A stretch of 60,939 bases of DNA, counting the filler, from Sphacelaria rigidula (Eukaryota): the NCBI GenBank assembly GCA_964200075.2. It is 5 parts of 5 records of this genome, joined end to end, with 100 filler letters (N's around TTAATTAATTAA, not from the genome) between each part and the next. Parts side by side here need not be neighbours in the genome. Positions count along the whole stretch, not along the records: positions 24,420 to 36,526 come from CAXNAA020004122.1; 4 more parts are not named here. One strand, 5' to 3'. Every line of letters begins with the position of its first letter. The stretch's first letter is position 1. Under the pieces are notes generated by a model. It made no database searches. It worked only from the letters and a program-made list of their open reading frames with translations, and was not told where the DNA came from. The position numbers and the translations under genes are program-made. Of this stretch, positions 24,498-36,626 are shown one piece after another.

Positions 24498-24608
24498 CTC
24501 CCTTCTCTCAGACATTTATTTTTGCGGTGATTGCGATGTTCTCCCAGGTTCTGTTAAAAAAATCGTTTTTGATCTTCACCTTGCTTGCGGAATGTGTGCA
24601 TTGTGCAG

Positions 24609-24671
24609 GTATTGACGAAGATGTATACCGAGCAAATTATCCGAAAGCACGAGATGGAAGCCTTCGAGGAG
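24609..24671 (+). CDS. CSN4: COP9 signalosome subunit 4, exon
   Basis: TGCAG/GTCAG boundaries, phase 0/0. VLTKMYTEQIIRKHEMEAFEE resembles CSN4 ILEKMYLDRIIR...EF. Confidence 0.85.
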
Positions 24672-25968
24672 GTCAGTCCATTTCCCTTACGTACTATATC
24701 TTGCTCCAGAGCCTATACGCAGACCACAGTCAAACTCGATGCAAGAAATGGTCAAACTTAGCGATTCCTTTTTTTGGAATGTTCGCGTCAGCCGTGTTGT
24801 TCTGATCCGCGGCCATTTTTTTTCAAGAAATGTCAGCATGCACCAAATGTCCGACATGGAAGCACCAGCATCAGGAACATTGCAAAGGTAAGTCCCCTCT
24901 GCTGGCTGGAAAGCATTCCCTGCAGCAGCGCTAACGACACAGAGGGGTCCCCCGTCCATGCTAAAAAGGAAAAGGGAGAATCCTCGATCGAATGTGCTCA
25001 ATCAGTAGCCTGCGATGGAGCTGCATTTATAAGGTCTCGAGAGGCTACGGTTGACCCATATATCTGTCGAATACATAGGATTACCGCCTCCGTTGGTGAG
25101 AAGTATATCACCTCTAGATCTCGGCTTGGTGTCATTCGAAGGATGGCGTCAAGCTCCGTCGGCGGACGGAATCCTTGTGGCCGTACGGGGTGCCCCCTGC
25201 TTGCAAGCTCGAGATCCAAATAAATGACATCGGGGAGATTGGAGGGCGTGGGGTGTGTGCAACGGCTATTTTGAGCGGATTTTGCCCGTTCGATTCCCGA
25301 TATAGATGGTGTTCTTACTGAGAACTTGGCTTCCATTGTCGAAGGTGTGAGGGTATGACAATTAATTATACATGAGATTCGATCAAAGCGGAGTAGCTGG
25401 CGGAGTATTTACCTAGTGCTCAGGAGTAAATTTGCTGGCAGGTACCGCGGGAGAGATGTGTCGACGCCTTGAGACGATTCGTTTCAACGATGGGGGGGCG
25501 GGGATGAGTGTAAATGCTACGGCGGAAACAGGAAACGTCTGCTGCGACACAACGTACCACACCCTGGACAGTAGATTCTATTGTAAAAAAATATACTGCG
25601 TACAGTATGGAATCTATTGTCTGTTGCAATAGGCGCAATAGTCGATATTGTACGCAGTACACTTTTTGACTGTGTATTCTCTTCTCCAGGGTATGCAACG
25701 TACTCGTCTGGTTCGCGGCACTACGCAGAGTCCCTATCTGTACACCAACGCGCACAAACCCATGGTGCTGTGAAATGTTCGTAAAGAAGGTGGCAGCACA
25801 CGACCGTTAACCCAACCCATTTCGTCATTATTCATTGTTGATTCTGATTTGAGTCATTTAAGTTCTTCGCTTCGTCTCCTTCGTCACCGAATCCCCTCCA
25901 CCCCCCGCACCCCCCATTTCTGTTTCCTGACTTATGCCGGCGTGTGTTTATTTTTGACTGGAACGCAG

Positions 25969-26019
25969 TCGCTGATGCCTCACCAAAAAGCGATCACGGC
26001 GGAGGGGCTGCCCATTCCG
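25969..26019 (+). CDS. CSN4: COP9 signalosome subunit 4, exon
   Basis: GCAG/GTGAG boundaries. SLMPHQKAITAEGLPIP resembles CSN4 LMPHQKATTADG. Confidence 0.9.
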
Positions 26020-27689
26020 GTGAGACGTGATAAAATGCTATGCTCAGCATGTTCAATCTCAATTTCAGATTAGGTACATTGATAAGAGACCTGCGGACAG
26101 CGAGTGTGACTTACCTAACTCAGATTGGTGTGTGTAGGTCGAAGCTTCTGAGTCGGTGAAAGGGTTCGGAGCGTATAGAGACGCGACGTGAACTTGGACA
26201 GGACAGGCTTTGCGAGGCAAGGCTCAGGGTTGGAAATGAGAGTACCCGAGTGGGGGGCAGCTAGACAGGTAGCCTCTCAAACGGGGAGCATGACAAGTCC
26301 AGACAGGGGATTGGAGGATGACGGTTCCAGGGTGACAGGCCCGGGAAGATGGTCCGGGTTGATTAGCCCGGAGTTATTAGTCAGCGGGTCGGGTCATGTA
26401 GATGTCATAATAAAATCCCCCCCTCCCCCCCCCCCTCCAGCTACAGCGGTGTTTGTGCGCGACGCCGCTGAAGCTAGATACTAGGATTTGAACCTCCAGA
26501 GACAAGACCTGACGAGTTTACTACTATCCAATTCACTAATGTGACACGAGACGTTCCACAAGACGTTTTGGTGGTGTGCGCCCATTGGGTAACACTTGCC
26601 TAGACTAGAGAATACCGTGAGTATTTTTCGGAAGAGATCCTCAACAGAGGATCAAATATATGTTTCGTTGTCATTGTGACGACAAACGTGCAGGGTTTTG
26701 ACATGTGTATTTGCGGACGTGGGTCGTACAGAGGTCATAATGAGACATCCTCGAGTTTCTGAACGAGAAAGGTAGAGAGGGCACATATATGAGGGCTTTG
26801 TGACAGGATGAACCGTTGGACGCAATATTGAAAACGTCGGGAACTACGGAGGTATGGAGAACGTACGTCGATAGGTTATGCATACAAGAGGTACATCCCA
26901 TATTCAAGAAAATGACAGAGGAAGGTATCAGGCTGAATTTTTCGAGAGATGGCAAGCCTTGCGCATGGTGGAGGAAATGTGCGGATCGAAGTAGGTCCAG
27001 AAGAAGTACGGTAAATGGCAGGCGGCGACATTACGCGATGATGGAAGGCGTTCCCTCCGTTGTGTCGAACGACGCTGCACCAGGAAGTCGAAACCCTGTT
27101 GCGAGAAAGATGTTGTCGACATCCGTATCTACGCGGACTGTCGGGCAGTACAAAATGTCCCCCCTAGAAAAAAGTCGAGCTTGACCAGCGTGTCGCCGTG
27201 ACACTGCTTTCCGCACAACCGGCGCTACAGCCTTGAGTGATGTGTACAAAATACGATCCTGGCAGGCGATAGATGACTGTTGTGGCGCGATGACAGTATA
27301 TTTAGCTATATCAATGGAAGAGTGATTCCAGGATTGAGGGTGGGGTACTTCGAGGCACGTCGTGCCCGAAAGATCAGCATCGAGTGGTAGTGGCAGCGAT
27401 CAGCAAAATCGGTTTGATACATTCTTGATTTCAAATTACACGCGCTCACACCGCTTGACAACGTCTTCACTCATATTTGGGGCCGTGTACCACCCTCACG
27501 AACCGTTTCTTTTCTACAAACACCTCTCCGCCCCTAATTCCGGAAGTAGGTAACCGCAGGACCAGCCAGGTAAAAAATATGCCCCACTCCCCGCCCCTTC
27601 TTCGGCTCTTTCTCGAGGAGGAGATAGACGCGCAGAATCGCCTTTGGCTATGCGACAGAGTGGAACTCATATGGTGGGAGATCGTGAAG

Positions 27690-27985
27690 TATACATAGAG
27701 GGACGGGACGTGTTGGGGGAGATGAGAGAGCTACACGAATGTGTTATGTACGATCGCTGTGCCTAGAGATGGGTGGTGGCCACACCAGATGGTGAAACCG
27801 GAACAGGTTAAGGCATGTGAAAGGTTCCTGTGCGATGTACGACATACAGGTGATGAGCGCCGAAATGTTGGAGGTGTCTTCATTGGGAGTAGGAACAGTG
27901 CTCCATCTCGAAAGGAATACAGTCAGTGGTAAAATAAATAGCGAAGGTCGGCAACGAATGAGAACTCCCCCTCCCCCCCCCACCT
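27690..27985 (+). mobile_element. LINE 3' fragment in a CSN4 intron
   Basis: GATGGGTGGTGGCCACACCAGATGG...GTTGGAGGTGTCT... followed by a C-rich tail; reverse orientation to the LINE copies at 19146 and 57150. Confidence 0.7.
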
Positions 27986-28170
27986 CGGTCCATCCTCACC
28001 CTACGCAGTTTGATGGGGCAAAATCACCGAATGGGAGCGTCTTTGAACGTTTTCTGTCAGACGCATACCGGGAAGGCTTGCCTACTATAGTTATACCCCC
28101 GTGTCTGCGGTATCCACCCTCTTCCCCTTACTCTTCCGTTGTTGTGTTCGCTCTTCACGTTTTGTTGCAG

Positions 28171-28272
28171 GAACGAGCTGTCATGGAGCACAATATGGTT
28201 GCCTCCAGTCGTATCTACGACAACGTGCGGTTCGAGGAGCTGGGCATGCTGCTTCAAATACCCAAGCAGCAG
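28171..28272 (+). CDS. CSN4: COP9 signalosome subunit 4, exon (PCI domain)
   Basis: TGCAG/GTGCG boundaries. ERAVMEHNMVASSRIYDNVRFEELGMLLQIPKQQ resembles CSN4 [31 protein letters not shown]. Confidence 0.95.
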
Positions 28273-28341
28273 GTGCGCACCTTGGCGTATATTATCACTC
28301 TATATCATTACTCCGGGTGCGGAAGGGGAAGGTGACCATCA

Positions 28342-28823
28342 GTCCGCTTCTTATAGCTGAAAGTGGACTCTCTGAGAACTGCCCCTTTAGAGTCTTTCAT
28401 CGCGAAGTTTTGACGGAATACGGGCCTTGGCGGATTGGGTCTCCTCGGAAACATTTGCTACGCTTTCCAGGAGGATTCTAGCGCACTTTCCCGATTTTTC
28501 GTGCGCCCACTTTCACTTTTGGCCGGGTTCCCGATTTTTTCAGTCGCCCTCAAAATTTTCGAGTTTTTCTGGAAAAAACACATACTTTTCTCAGACAACT
28601 TGAAGATTTTGGGGGCGACCGAAAAAATCGGAAATATGGCCAAAAGCAAAACTGGCCGGGAGCACAGAAATTCGGAAAAGTGCGCTACAATCCTCTTGGA
28701 AAGTACAGCAAATCTCTCCGCGGAGGCCCAATCCGCCAAGGCCCGTATTCCGTTAAGAACCCGCGATGTGAGGCTCACAAAGGGCAGTTCTCAGAGTCCG
28801 TTTTCAGACTTTAAGAAGCGGCC
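28342..28823. mobile_element. ~480-nt foldback element (Harbinger/Tourist-like MITE)
   Basis: Arms of ~230 nt pair along their whole length (CCGCTTCTTA/TAAGAAGCGG; ACGGAATACGGGCCTTGGCGGATTGGG/CCCAATCCGCCAAGGCCCGTATTCCGT). Flanks TCA/TTA resemble a TWA TSD. Confidence 0.75.
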
Positions 28824-29677
28824 TTATGAGAAGTGGGTGCAATGAAAATGAACCGAGCGCACCCTACTCTCCATATTAGAGGGATCAAGGTTGGGACGAT
28901 CCCTTTTGCACGGATTAGTCGTGAACACAATGTGTATTCGTTCAATACCGCCGAAGCCGGGCCGGAGAGAATCTCCGCCGATTATTCGTCCGGCTTGAAC
29001 CGATATGGGCGGAAGTTTAAAGATGGTGTGTACCATGGGAATCTACCGGAGGGCAGCGTGTACCCTCTCATAATCTTCATCCTGTGAACACGATGGATCA
29101 GGAACACGTTATGTTTGATTCGTGCCACGTGGACGACGGCTGGAAGTGATGTAGGTGAAAAGCTCTTGACCAAATGAACCTCGGGCGTGTGAAATATGAA
29201 CTGATGCCAATGCATGAACGAATCATGTGACTGGTGCGCGCATGCTGTGCGTATGGGTGGTCCGTGCCTTCATTTATTCGATGCCTGATATTTGCTTTGA
29301 CAACCGCAACGCTTGTTAAACAAACGGTGCCTGAAACATATTGCCCAGCACGAACGCAACAATCACATCACCATGTTCGCTTTACTGCTGGACTTCCCCA
29401 ACTGAGCCCAGGAGTGAACGGCATGAGCCGGGGCGACTGTCCAAGCAAGGACCCCGAATCCAGCTTTTGCATGTTCGGAACCATAACGCTTGCGGGAAGT
29501 CTTCAATACCATTGGGTTAAGGATTCAATCCTCTCCGCTGCCACGATATCAAGTACCGATAAATGACCTACAGTCGTGCAATTGAAAGTACCTGAGTGTT
29601 GGTGACATGTTGAATATGTTAGTGTTGATGGTGTGTCCTACACAAAATTAACTTGTTGCGATTGGTAGGCAGTAAAT

Positions 29678-29978
29678 CACGTTTTTTATGATAGCCTCCC
29701 CCCCCCCCCAAAAAAAAAAAAAAAAAAAAACCAAAAGAAGACACAACAACACCGCCTCATGGTTGGTTCTCACTTCCCATGCCGGGCCTCACAAGGGCGA
29801 CATTGACGAAAACGAAGCCAAGCACGGGAAGTCCCAGCTGCTCGTTGTGCTCGGCCTTTCTCATTTCAATTCACGCCTACATTTTGTCTCCCCAAACCAG
29901 CCACTTTGGGGGGGGGGTGTACTCATGATCATGCATGCCACATGCACTTTGGGGGGGGGGGCTATCGTAGACAGTATC
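29678..29978. mobile_element. MITE, GACACTTTCTACGATAGCC family, carrying a tiny retro-insertion
   Basis: TIRs recognisable, 4-bp TSD AAAT, extra 27-nt segment at 29918-29944. Confidence 0.75.
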
Positions 29979-30081
29979 AAATGACAGTTCTGATCAATGG
30001 CATACAGGCAAGTGCATGCAGTTTCCGTGCGCTGGCATCAACTGAGACCGAGAAGATTTTTGCGCTGCACTCTTTTGCCAG

Positions 30082-30169
30082 GCCGAGAAAACCGCTGCAC
30101 GGATGATCACGGAGGGTAGGCTGCGAGGGTCGATCGACCAGATCGAGGGATTGCTGCAGTTCGAAGGAG
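30082..30169 (+). CDS. CSN4: COP9 signalosome subunit 4, exon (PCI winged helix)
   Basis: CCAG/GTACG boundaries, phase 0/1. AEKTAARMITEGRLRGSIDQIEGLLQFEG resembles CSN4 [28 protein letters not shown]. Confidence 0.95.
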
Positions 30170-31959
30170 GTACGCGAGAAGCATCGTTCCTCGTGCATAT
30201 TGTAGCCTTCACAAACAAGCTCACACGATACTGAAATGAAGTTTGCACGTAGTCGTCGAATGCCCCAACGCCGTATTGCCGCTAAAGGAGACTCCTGGGT
30301 GGGCAGAAGCGGGTATGGCTCCTGGGCAAAAAAGGTCCGAGTCTCTTAGTCTCTTTGTCTCTGGTGTTGCCATATTCCGTACGACAGTACCTGTTTTCGG
30401 GGAGCTGCCGTGCACAATTTTATGTTTCACGGGACGCCGTCCGTACGTGTTTCAGTAACGTCATTTGAAGCTGATATGAAGATAACTTGCAGTTCGATTC
30501 CACTCAATTCCAAGTGTGATCTGAAGCACATGCTTGACCGATATGTGACAGGAACCTCTTCGGCTCAGTGGGGCGGCACAGCTACTTTCGTTCAGTTCCC
30601 CCGCCCCCCACTCCCTGCCCATTCCTCTTTTTGTTGGGAGAATATCACTCTTGAGGGCTATGTCTTCGGAGACCTCTCGACCCCTCCTCCTCATTTGATA
30701 CACTTTTCACCGCTAATGAAGTTGATGGATCTACCATTCGTTCCTCCGTCCAGGTCCCGCAAGTATCCCCTCGAGTTTACCATGGAAATTCGTTTTCTTC
30801 GGAAATCTAACAGCCAGCGGCACCTGTCTCGAGGGCTGATGATCCCCGATAGATACATGTCTTGAAGGGATCTGGACGTTGACCCTCTAGACGTACTAAA
30901 CGCATTTTTGCATTCACGATGTAATCAACGTGGACCAAATATGAACACCATAGGAGAGACGACAACTGGTCGGTGCAACCCAAGGGCAAACAACGATGGC
31001 AATAGCACAACGGCGGCTCTGAGAATCTCCCTCGTGGACTACTGGTTGCCGGCAACTGTGTGCATGACTGTAGCGCCAAGGGACTGTGCAGTGTAGCGTA
31101 CAAGAGTAAGTATCGACAGCTGAGCAGGCTTGTGTTGGTTCATTTCATGATGGCGTCCCAACTCTTCGAAGCGCAGCATACAGAGCCAAACAACATTTCG
31201 CGCCGTGCACGGCAGCAGCCTTCACGCAGTCCTTGCTAGCTACGTGACGCGATTTGCGACTACACCAACAACTGCGCTGCGTGCTTGATTGAGTGCGCTG
31301 AGTCTCTTAGAATGTCCGATTCCTTAGTACGGCACGGCGGCACACTCAGCACAGCGGCTCTGTGTGTTATGCACAAAGGGCAAGGACAACTTGTATTTTC
31401 AAGCGCGCCCGCGTGTCGAATTGGGGTAACGTATCTTGATAACAAATCAGACAGAAAGCACTTAACGAGGTCGAAAATCAAGTATCATCTGCGGAACTAC
31501 TAAAGTAGTTGCAGCCATAAAACCCGCCCGATAGAATACGCAGTACAGCCGGTGTTCCAAAGAGCGTCGATGTTGTGTACTCTCGATCTACACTTGCTGG
31601 CCCAACATTTCACACGTGGGACAGCTCATGAGCTACCTCAATATCACGTCTCATAAGTGTACTGATCCGGACTATGAGCTAGCTCATTTGGCCCCTTATT
31701 GCATAGTAAAAACCTATTCCATGCTATCCATGCTACCCATGCTTTACCCTCCCGTTACACCGCAGCCTCTTGCCCCTCATTCCCTTTGAACGGTTGACGC
31801 GGTTGGGAATGGCACTGTAAAACATACCTCTCACTGTGCAAGCCAGGCAATGAGGTTACCGTTTCTGCTCGCCTACGTGTTTTTGCGGTTACCATGATGG
31901 TGGTCGAGCTAGATCACAGGTGCGTGGTGGAGAACCTCAACTCCTCGCAACGGGGATGA

Positions 31960-32280
31960 ACGTACGACGCGATAGTTGAATGGCGAGACACCCATGAGGC
32001 AGTGTAACCCGTGTCTGTCTGTGGGAGTGACGATAGCAAAAGATGAATCAACTCATTCGGGACTGTCGCCCATACGCAAGATAATTGGTACACTTCAGGC
32101 CGAACAATCTCAGCAGGATGCAGCTCACCCCTTATGCGATTCGCCGAACACATCACGGCGCTTCGCGCTTGGTGCATGATCGTGAGCCTGGTCGGGCGCA
32201 AAGCCGGCATGCGCCGTCCCGGCTTTGTAGGGATGCGAGATCAATGGTCTGATGACCATGGCATACAATATCATGAATAC
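31960..32280 (+). mobile_element. 3' part of a second retroelement family
   Basis: Reverse complement of 36627-36910. The end CCCGGCTTTGTAGGGATGCGAG...ATCATGA(A/G)TAC recurs at 44585-44705 and 60868-60939. Confidence 0.65.
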
Positions 32281-32377
32281 TTGTCACCCCTGTTTCCTTT
32301 CTGAGAGGTGCGCTTTGACAGTGCGATATGCGTTTACGTTGTGAACACCTCTGCCGTCACTTGTGTTTCTTGAACAG

Positions 32378-32429
32378 ATTTGGATGAGCTGCAACACTGG
32401 GACGAGCGGGTGAACATTCTCTGCCAAAA
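32378..32429 (+). CDS. CSN4: COP9 signalosome subunit 4, exon
   Basis: ACAG/GTAAG boundaries, phase 1/2. DLDELQHWDERVNILCQK resembles CSN4 L..WD.QI..LC. Confidence 0.9.
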
Positions 32430-32699
32430 GTAAGTCCGTGCTGTCGCTTCCTTATTTCAGTATCCCGATTTCATGGTCGCAGGTGTAAAATATAACCACT
32501 TACAACGGCTTTGCAACTGCTTACGACGATCATCTATGCGTCACTCGACCCTTGTTTTTCGCGCATCCTTGCTCGCCGTCCGCAAATATTTGCAGTGTCG
32601 CATCACGGTGATTTATCTGTGCTCTTGACTGCGAGCATGTCCGATTTTATCGGATGCTCGGAAATGCGCTGAGCACCTCGCTAACCTACCCCTGCCACT

Positions 32700-32741
<42 letters not shown>

Positions 32742-32860
32742 TTCTGTCTTGCCACGTTTCACCGTTGCTATCGTTGTCGTGTGTTTTGCTGTCGTGTCTA
32801 CTGTGCACTACGGTTTTGCGCTGTTCTGGTGTTTTCTCAACATGTTCGGGACAAAATAAG

Positions 32861-33035
32861 GGTAAATCACTGCTGCGAGACCATCGGCAACAAATTTCCG
32901 CATATTCTAGAACAACGTTCGGACGCAACGAATACGTCTAGCTCTTTTTCGAGTGCAGCAACAACCTCAAGTACATCGCAAGATTCAAAGGTGCCTGATA
33001 CGGCAGGGACTGTCGCACCTTCAGCGGTAGCGTAG
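32861..33035 (+). CDS. CSN4: COP9 signalosome subunit 4, last exon
   Basis: AAG acceptor, phase 2. VNHCCETIGNKFPHIL resembles VNNLLEKI...P; it is followed by a Ser/Thr/Ala tail ending at TAG 33035. Confidence 0.8.
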
Positions 33036-34039
33036 TGGATAGTAGGTTTGACAATACGATCGCTTCATTATTGTTGCCTTGATCTGGTTCATTTCGCCTT
33101 TTGTCGATTCGAATTGCCTGTGAGTAGGGTCAGGTTTGTTCGTCCTGTGGTTTGCCTGCTGCCTTATTCCAGTGGTACTTGGAATTTTCTCCCTGCTGGA
33201 AGTTTAGTCGGAGCGGCCTTACCCTGAGTGGTCTCGTAGATACGGCCGCGCACAATGAGACGTGCATGCCATGCTGTTGGAACAGTAGTCACGTCGTCTC
33301 GTGCCTGTTCGATGATTCCGTTGTCGTGTGTCGTTCGCGTTTGTACTCTGGTTGTTGATTAGGACCTTGTTTGATCATTTGTTTCGGACGGGGCAGTTTC
33401 AAGGTGTATCTCCGCCGTCTTCTGGAGTTGTTGTAAATGTTTCCGTGAGTAGGTATGTTCCACAAGGACAAGAAGTTGGCAAGGCGTGCGTGGCGAGTTG
33501 ATCAAACAACTCATAGTCTTGACATTATATTCCTCGTTTGGAAGTGGGTGTCCATCCACATCTACGGAGGGAGTAGTTTCAGATGAATATCGCCGTCTCC
33601 AAGACCTTCCTTCATCCTTCCCGACGTTTTTTTTTCTTCTTTTCAACTTCTTGAAATTAGTGTCAAGGTCAAACTAAGTGCCCGGCGTCTTGCTGCTTCT
33701 TGTGTACGCATGAACAATAGTGGTTAGTCTTTTTGGCCAATCAGACGTAATGCATCGTCTGGGCGGGCATCATGCTATGACTCAAAGTCAGTAACCAGCA
33801 AATTCTGAGAACGTGTCTATTAAAGAATGAATCGACAGGCGAGAAAGAGAGCGGCACCATCGATCCTGCACATCTTCCCTCATCGTTCATGATTCAGTTT
33901 CAAGCAAATATGCGAAGACATGACTAGAAAATGCGGTCGATTTTAGCAAGCAACGGCAAAGTAGCCCCCCACCCTACCCCAACCCCACAGTTGCTCACAC
34001 GGTGATCACGGCACACAAAATGCCTGAACAGGGCACGAC

Positions 34040-34884
34040 TGTAATGTGTGAGAGGACCGCGTGCTTAGGGGACCGCGTTGGACGCTAAACACCCCTATGG
34101 TTATTTTTATTGTTTGGGGTTAGGGTCAGGGGCGTGGTCCCTACAGGGACTCGCCCGACTGTTTTTGAAACACATCGATCCTGAGGTGTTTTGAACTAGG
34201 GTACGGTCTCCTAAGCACGCGGTCTTATCACGAATTACAACGACAGTCTTATCACGAATTACAACGACAGCCCGGGACGAAGTTCTCAATCAACTGGTTC
34301 GCTTTGTATTTGGTTTTGTATCAATCGGCTTCGGGCTGAGGCATCCTTGGCTCTTTTCGACCACATGCGTCAATCCAAACTCATGTTACACATTCGAAAA
34401 CCGTGACAAACGTAACTGCACATGGCCGTTGTTCGCCCAATATCGAACCGACATCCCGGGAAAGTGTGTCTCGTGGGAGTTTAATCGCCTGGGTGTGCTG
34501 TTGGAGATATTCTGTGTGCACAGAGATCGACCAAACATGATTATGGGGGAAATCGCACCGCGGCTAGCTACCTTGTGTGTAATGCATGGGAGGACCGTGT
34601 GCTTTTTGGGCCTCATCGTAGTTCAACACACCCCAGGATCGATGTTTTTCAAGACCAATTGGAGCAGTCCCTGCAGGGACCACGCCCCTGACCCTAACCC
34701 CAACCTTAACCCTTAGACCGCGAGGTTAGTCTTCTGTTGAATCGGCATCAATTTCGAGCGAAGAAAAGTATGCATGATCCAGAAAGACTAATCTCGCGGT
34801 CTAAGGGTTAACCCTAACCCTTACCATAAGGGTGTTGAAACTCCAATGCGGTCCAAAAAGCACGAGGTCCTCTCACGCATTACA
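34040..34884. mobile_element. Foldback element with telomere-like subterminal repeats
   Basis: TIRs TGTAATGTGTGAGAGGACCGCGTGCTT / AAGCACGAGGTCCTCTCACGCATTACA. Inner inverted pair 34115-34225 vs 34590-34705 includes GGGTTAGGGTCAGGGG/CCCCTGACCCTAACCC. Confidence 0.7.
34710..34807. mobile_element. piggyBac-like MITE (98 nt)
   Basis: TTAA on both sides; TIR CCCTTAGACCGCGAG / CTCGCGGTCTAAGGG. Confidence 0.9.
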
Positions 34885-34885
34885 T

Positions 34886-35209
34886 TGTGGAAGTTGTGAG
34901 GAAGAGCTGCACCTAGTCACACCTCAGGTGTAATGGTGCCTTCCTTGGGGCTGGTGGGGAGGCTTAGCGCTTTAGCAAGAACGTGGGAACAAAAGACTGA
35001 AGTATTCAATATACACGCTCACATACAACTGTCTCACTACAGATAGATATAGTTGCGCCGCGTTATACACGTGTGTAACTGTAAGAAATGAAGCTTCGGT
35101 ATCCGTACGAAAACTAGAAGTAATGCCTGACAGTCTCGCACCAATCCACGTACGGACGGCTAAACATTCCTCTCGAGACTGAGAGCATTTCTTTTGTCGT
35201 TTCACAACA
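34886..35209 (-). mobile_element. Candidate 3' LTR of the Copia element
   Basis: TG...CA-bounded ~324-nt segment just downstream of the RNase H relic. There is no second LTR in the contig and the PPT is degenerate. Confidence 0.35.
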
Positions 35210-35237
35210 TCATTCTAACTTATTTGTAACCGCTTAA

Positions 35238-35334
35238 CCCTTAGACCGCGAGGTTAGTCTTCTGTTGAATCGGCATCAATTTCAAGAACAAAAAGTATGC
35301 ATGATCCAGAAAGACTAATCTCGCGGTCTAAGGG
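35238..35334. mobile_element. piggyBac-like MITE (97 nt)
   Basis: Near-identical to 34710-34807, with a TTAA TSD. Confidence 0.9.
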
Positions 35335-35339
35335 TTAAG

Positions 35340-36526
35340 GTTGCATCATCATTCGTCGTGCTTCAACAAATTTCAATGGTCCTAATGATTTCGTGAGTGG
35401 GTCCGCCCTCTGTCCGTAAAACGTTTCACTACTATAACCACGTTCTCCGTGATTAAATGTCTGATGTATTGATACTTTACGCCTATCTATGCGCTTTGTC
35501 CGCGGATGATAACGATCCGTTGTCGCTAACTTCAGGGCCTCAGTTTTGTCCTCGTGAACAGTTGTCGCCAGAGCCTGTTCTACTCCAGCTGACGACATCA
35601 AGTCCCGTAAGTATACACACTCCTGTCCAGCTTTTAACAGTGCTACATACTCAGCTTCCCCTGTGGACAACGTGGCAATTGTTTTGTCTTTGTAATCTCC
35701 AATGTGAAGGACCATAAGCGAAGTAAATTACGTTTTCGGTTGCCGAATAACCTTCATCCGGGTCTCCAGCGTGACCGGAGTCTACATGTCCTACCAGGTT
35801 GTCATCGTTGTCATCTACGCAACTCCTGTACGTAATACGAAGCTCTGTTTTACCTCCTACATATCTCACCACTCTTTTTGGCTTCGTCATTGCACGCTCT
35901 ACAGCAGATGACATGCTCCTTGATAACATCATAACCGCGAATGTAAAATGCAGTCGTGTACGACAACTCAAGTACAGCAATGATCCCGTCGCAGCTCTGA
36001 AGTAAGTTGTACCTTCTGGTGTCAGTACACCCTCCTCCTCGATACTTACTACAGCAGCAGTCTTCGTCGAGTTCACATCTTGCATACCGTAGGTGTCCTG
36101 GATTTCTCTTGCATACGTTTCCTGGGAAGTTCGATTCCCCCTGTGGATTCGTCTCGTTTGATAGCCAGTCGAGTAGAAACGGAGCAGGTCCCAGATCCAC
36201 CATTTCGAACCGATCCATCAATCGTCTTTTGATTTCCTCGATCTTCGTAGTATCTCTGCCTGATAGCAGGGCATCACCAACATATAATAATAACAACACA
36301 CATCTCCGCCATGGAAACATGTAGACACGCGTCGGCGGGACTGGAGGTAAACCCCCGTGAGAGTAAGAAATAGTGAATATTCCCCCAACAACCGTGCGGT
36401 GATATCCGAAGTCCGTAAATCCACGCTCGTAATTTCCATATTTCCCCCGTCTAACAGCCGATCCTAATTTTTGGGGTTGAAACAAAATATGAGGTTGAAG
36501 TCCCATCCCTTCATTGCAGGGAAGAT
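35340..36526 (-). mobile_element. Ty1/Copia RT-RNase H relic (frameshifted)
   Basis: LLLYVGDALL (decayed YVDD), FEMVDLG, GSLLYLSCRTR, VDSGHAGD, LSTGEAEYVAL and HPRTKRID motifs spread across three frames; runs off the contig end. Confidence 0.9.
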
Positions 36527-36626
36527 NNNNNNNNNNNNNNNNNNNNNNNNNNNNNNNNNNNNNNNNNNNNTTAATTAATTAANNNNNNNNNNNNNNNNNN
36601 NNNNNNNNNNNNNNNNNNNNNNNNNN
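36527..36626. other. Artificial contig linker
   Basis: N44-TTAATTAATTAA-N44. Confidence 0.98.

Noticed and set aside
26670..27690. Coding-like stretches in CSN4 introns (also 28870-29560 and 30200-31560)
   Set aside because: Multiple stops and no identifiable motif; likely decayed TEs.
32701..32740. 40-nt poly(C) run giving poly-Pro/poly-Gly ORFs
   Set aside because: It is an intronic homopolymer of unreliable length and is not coding.
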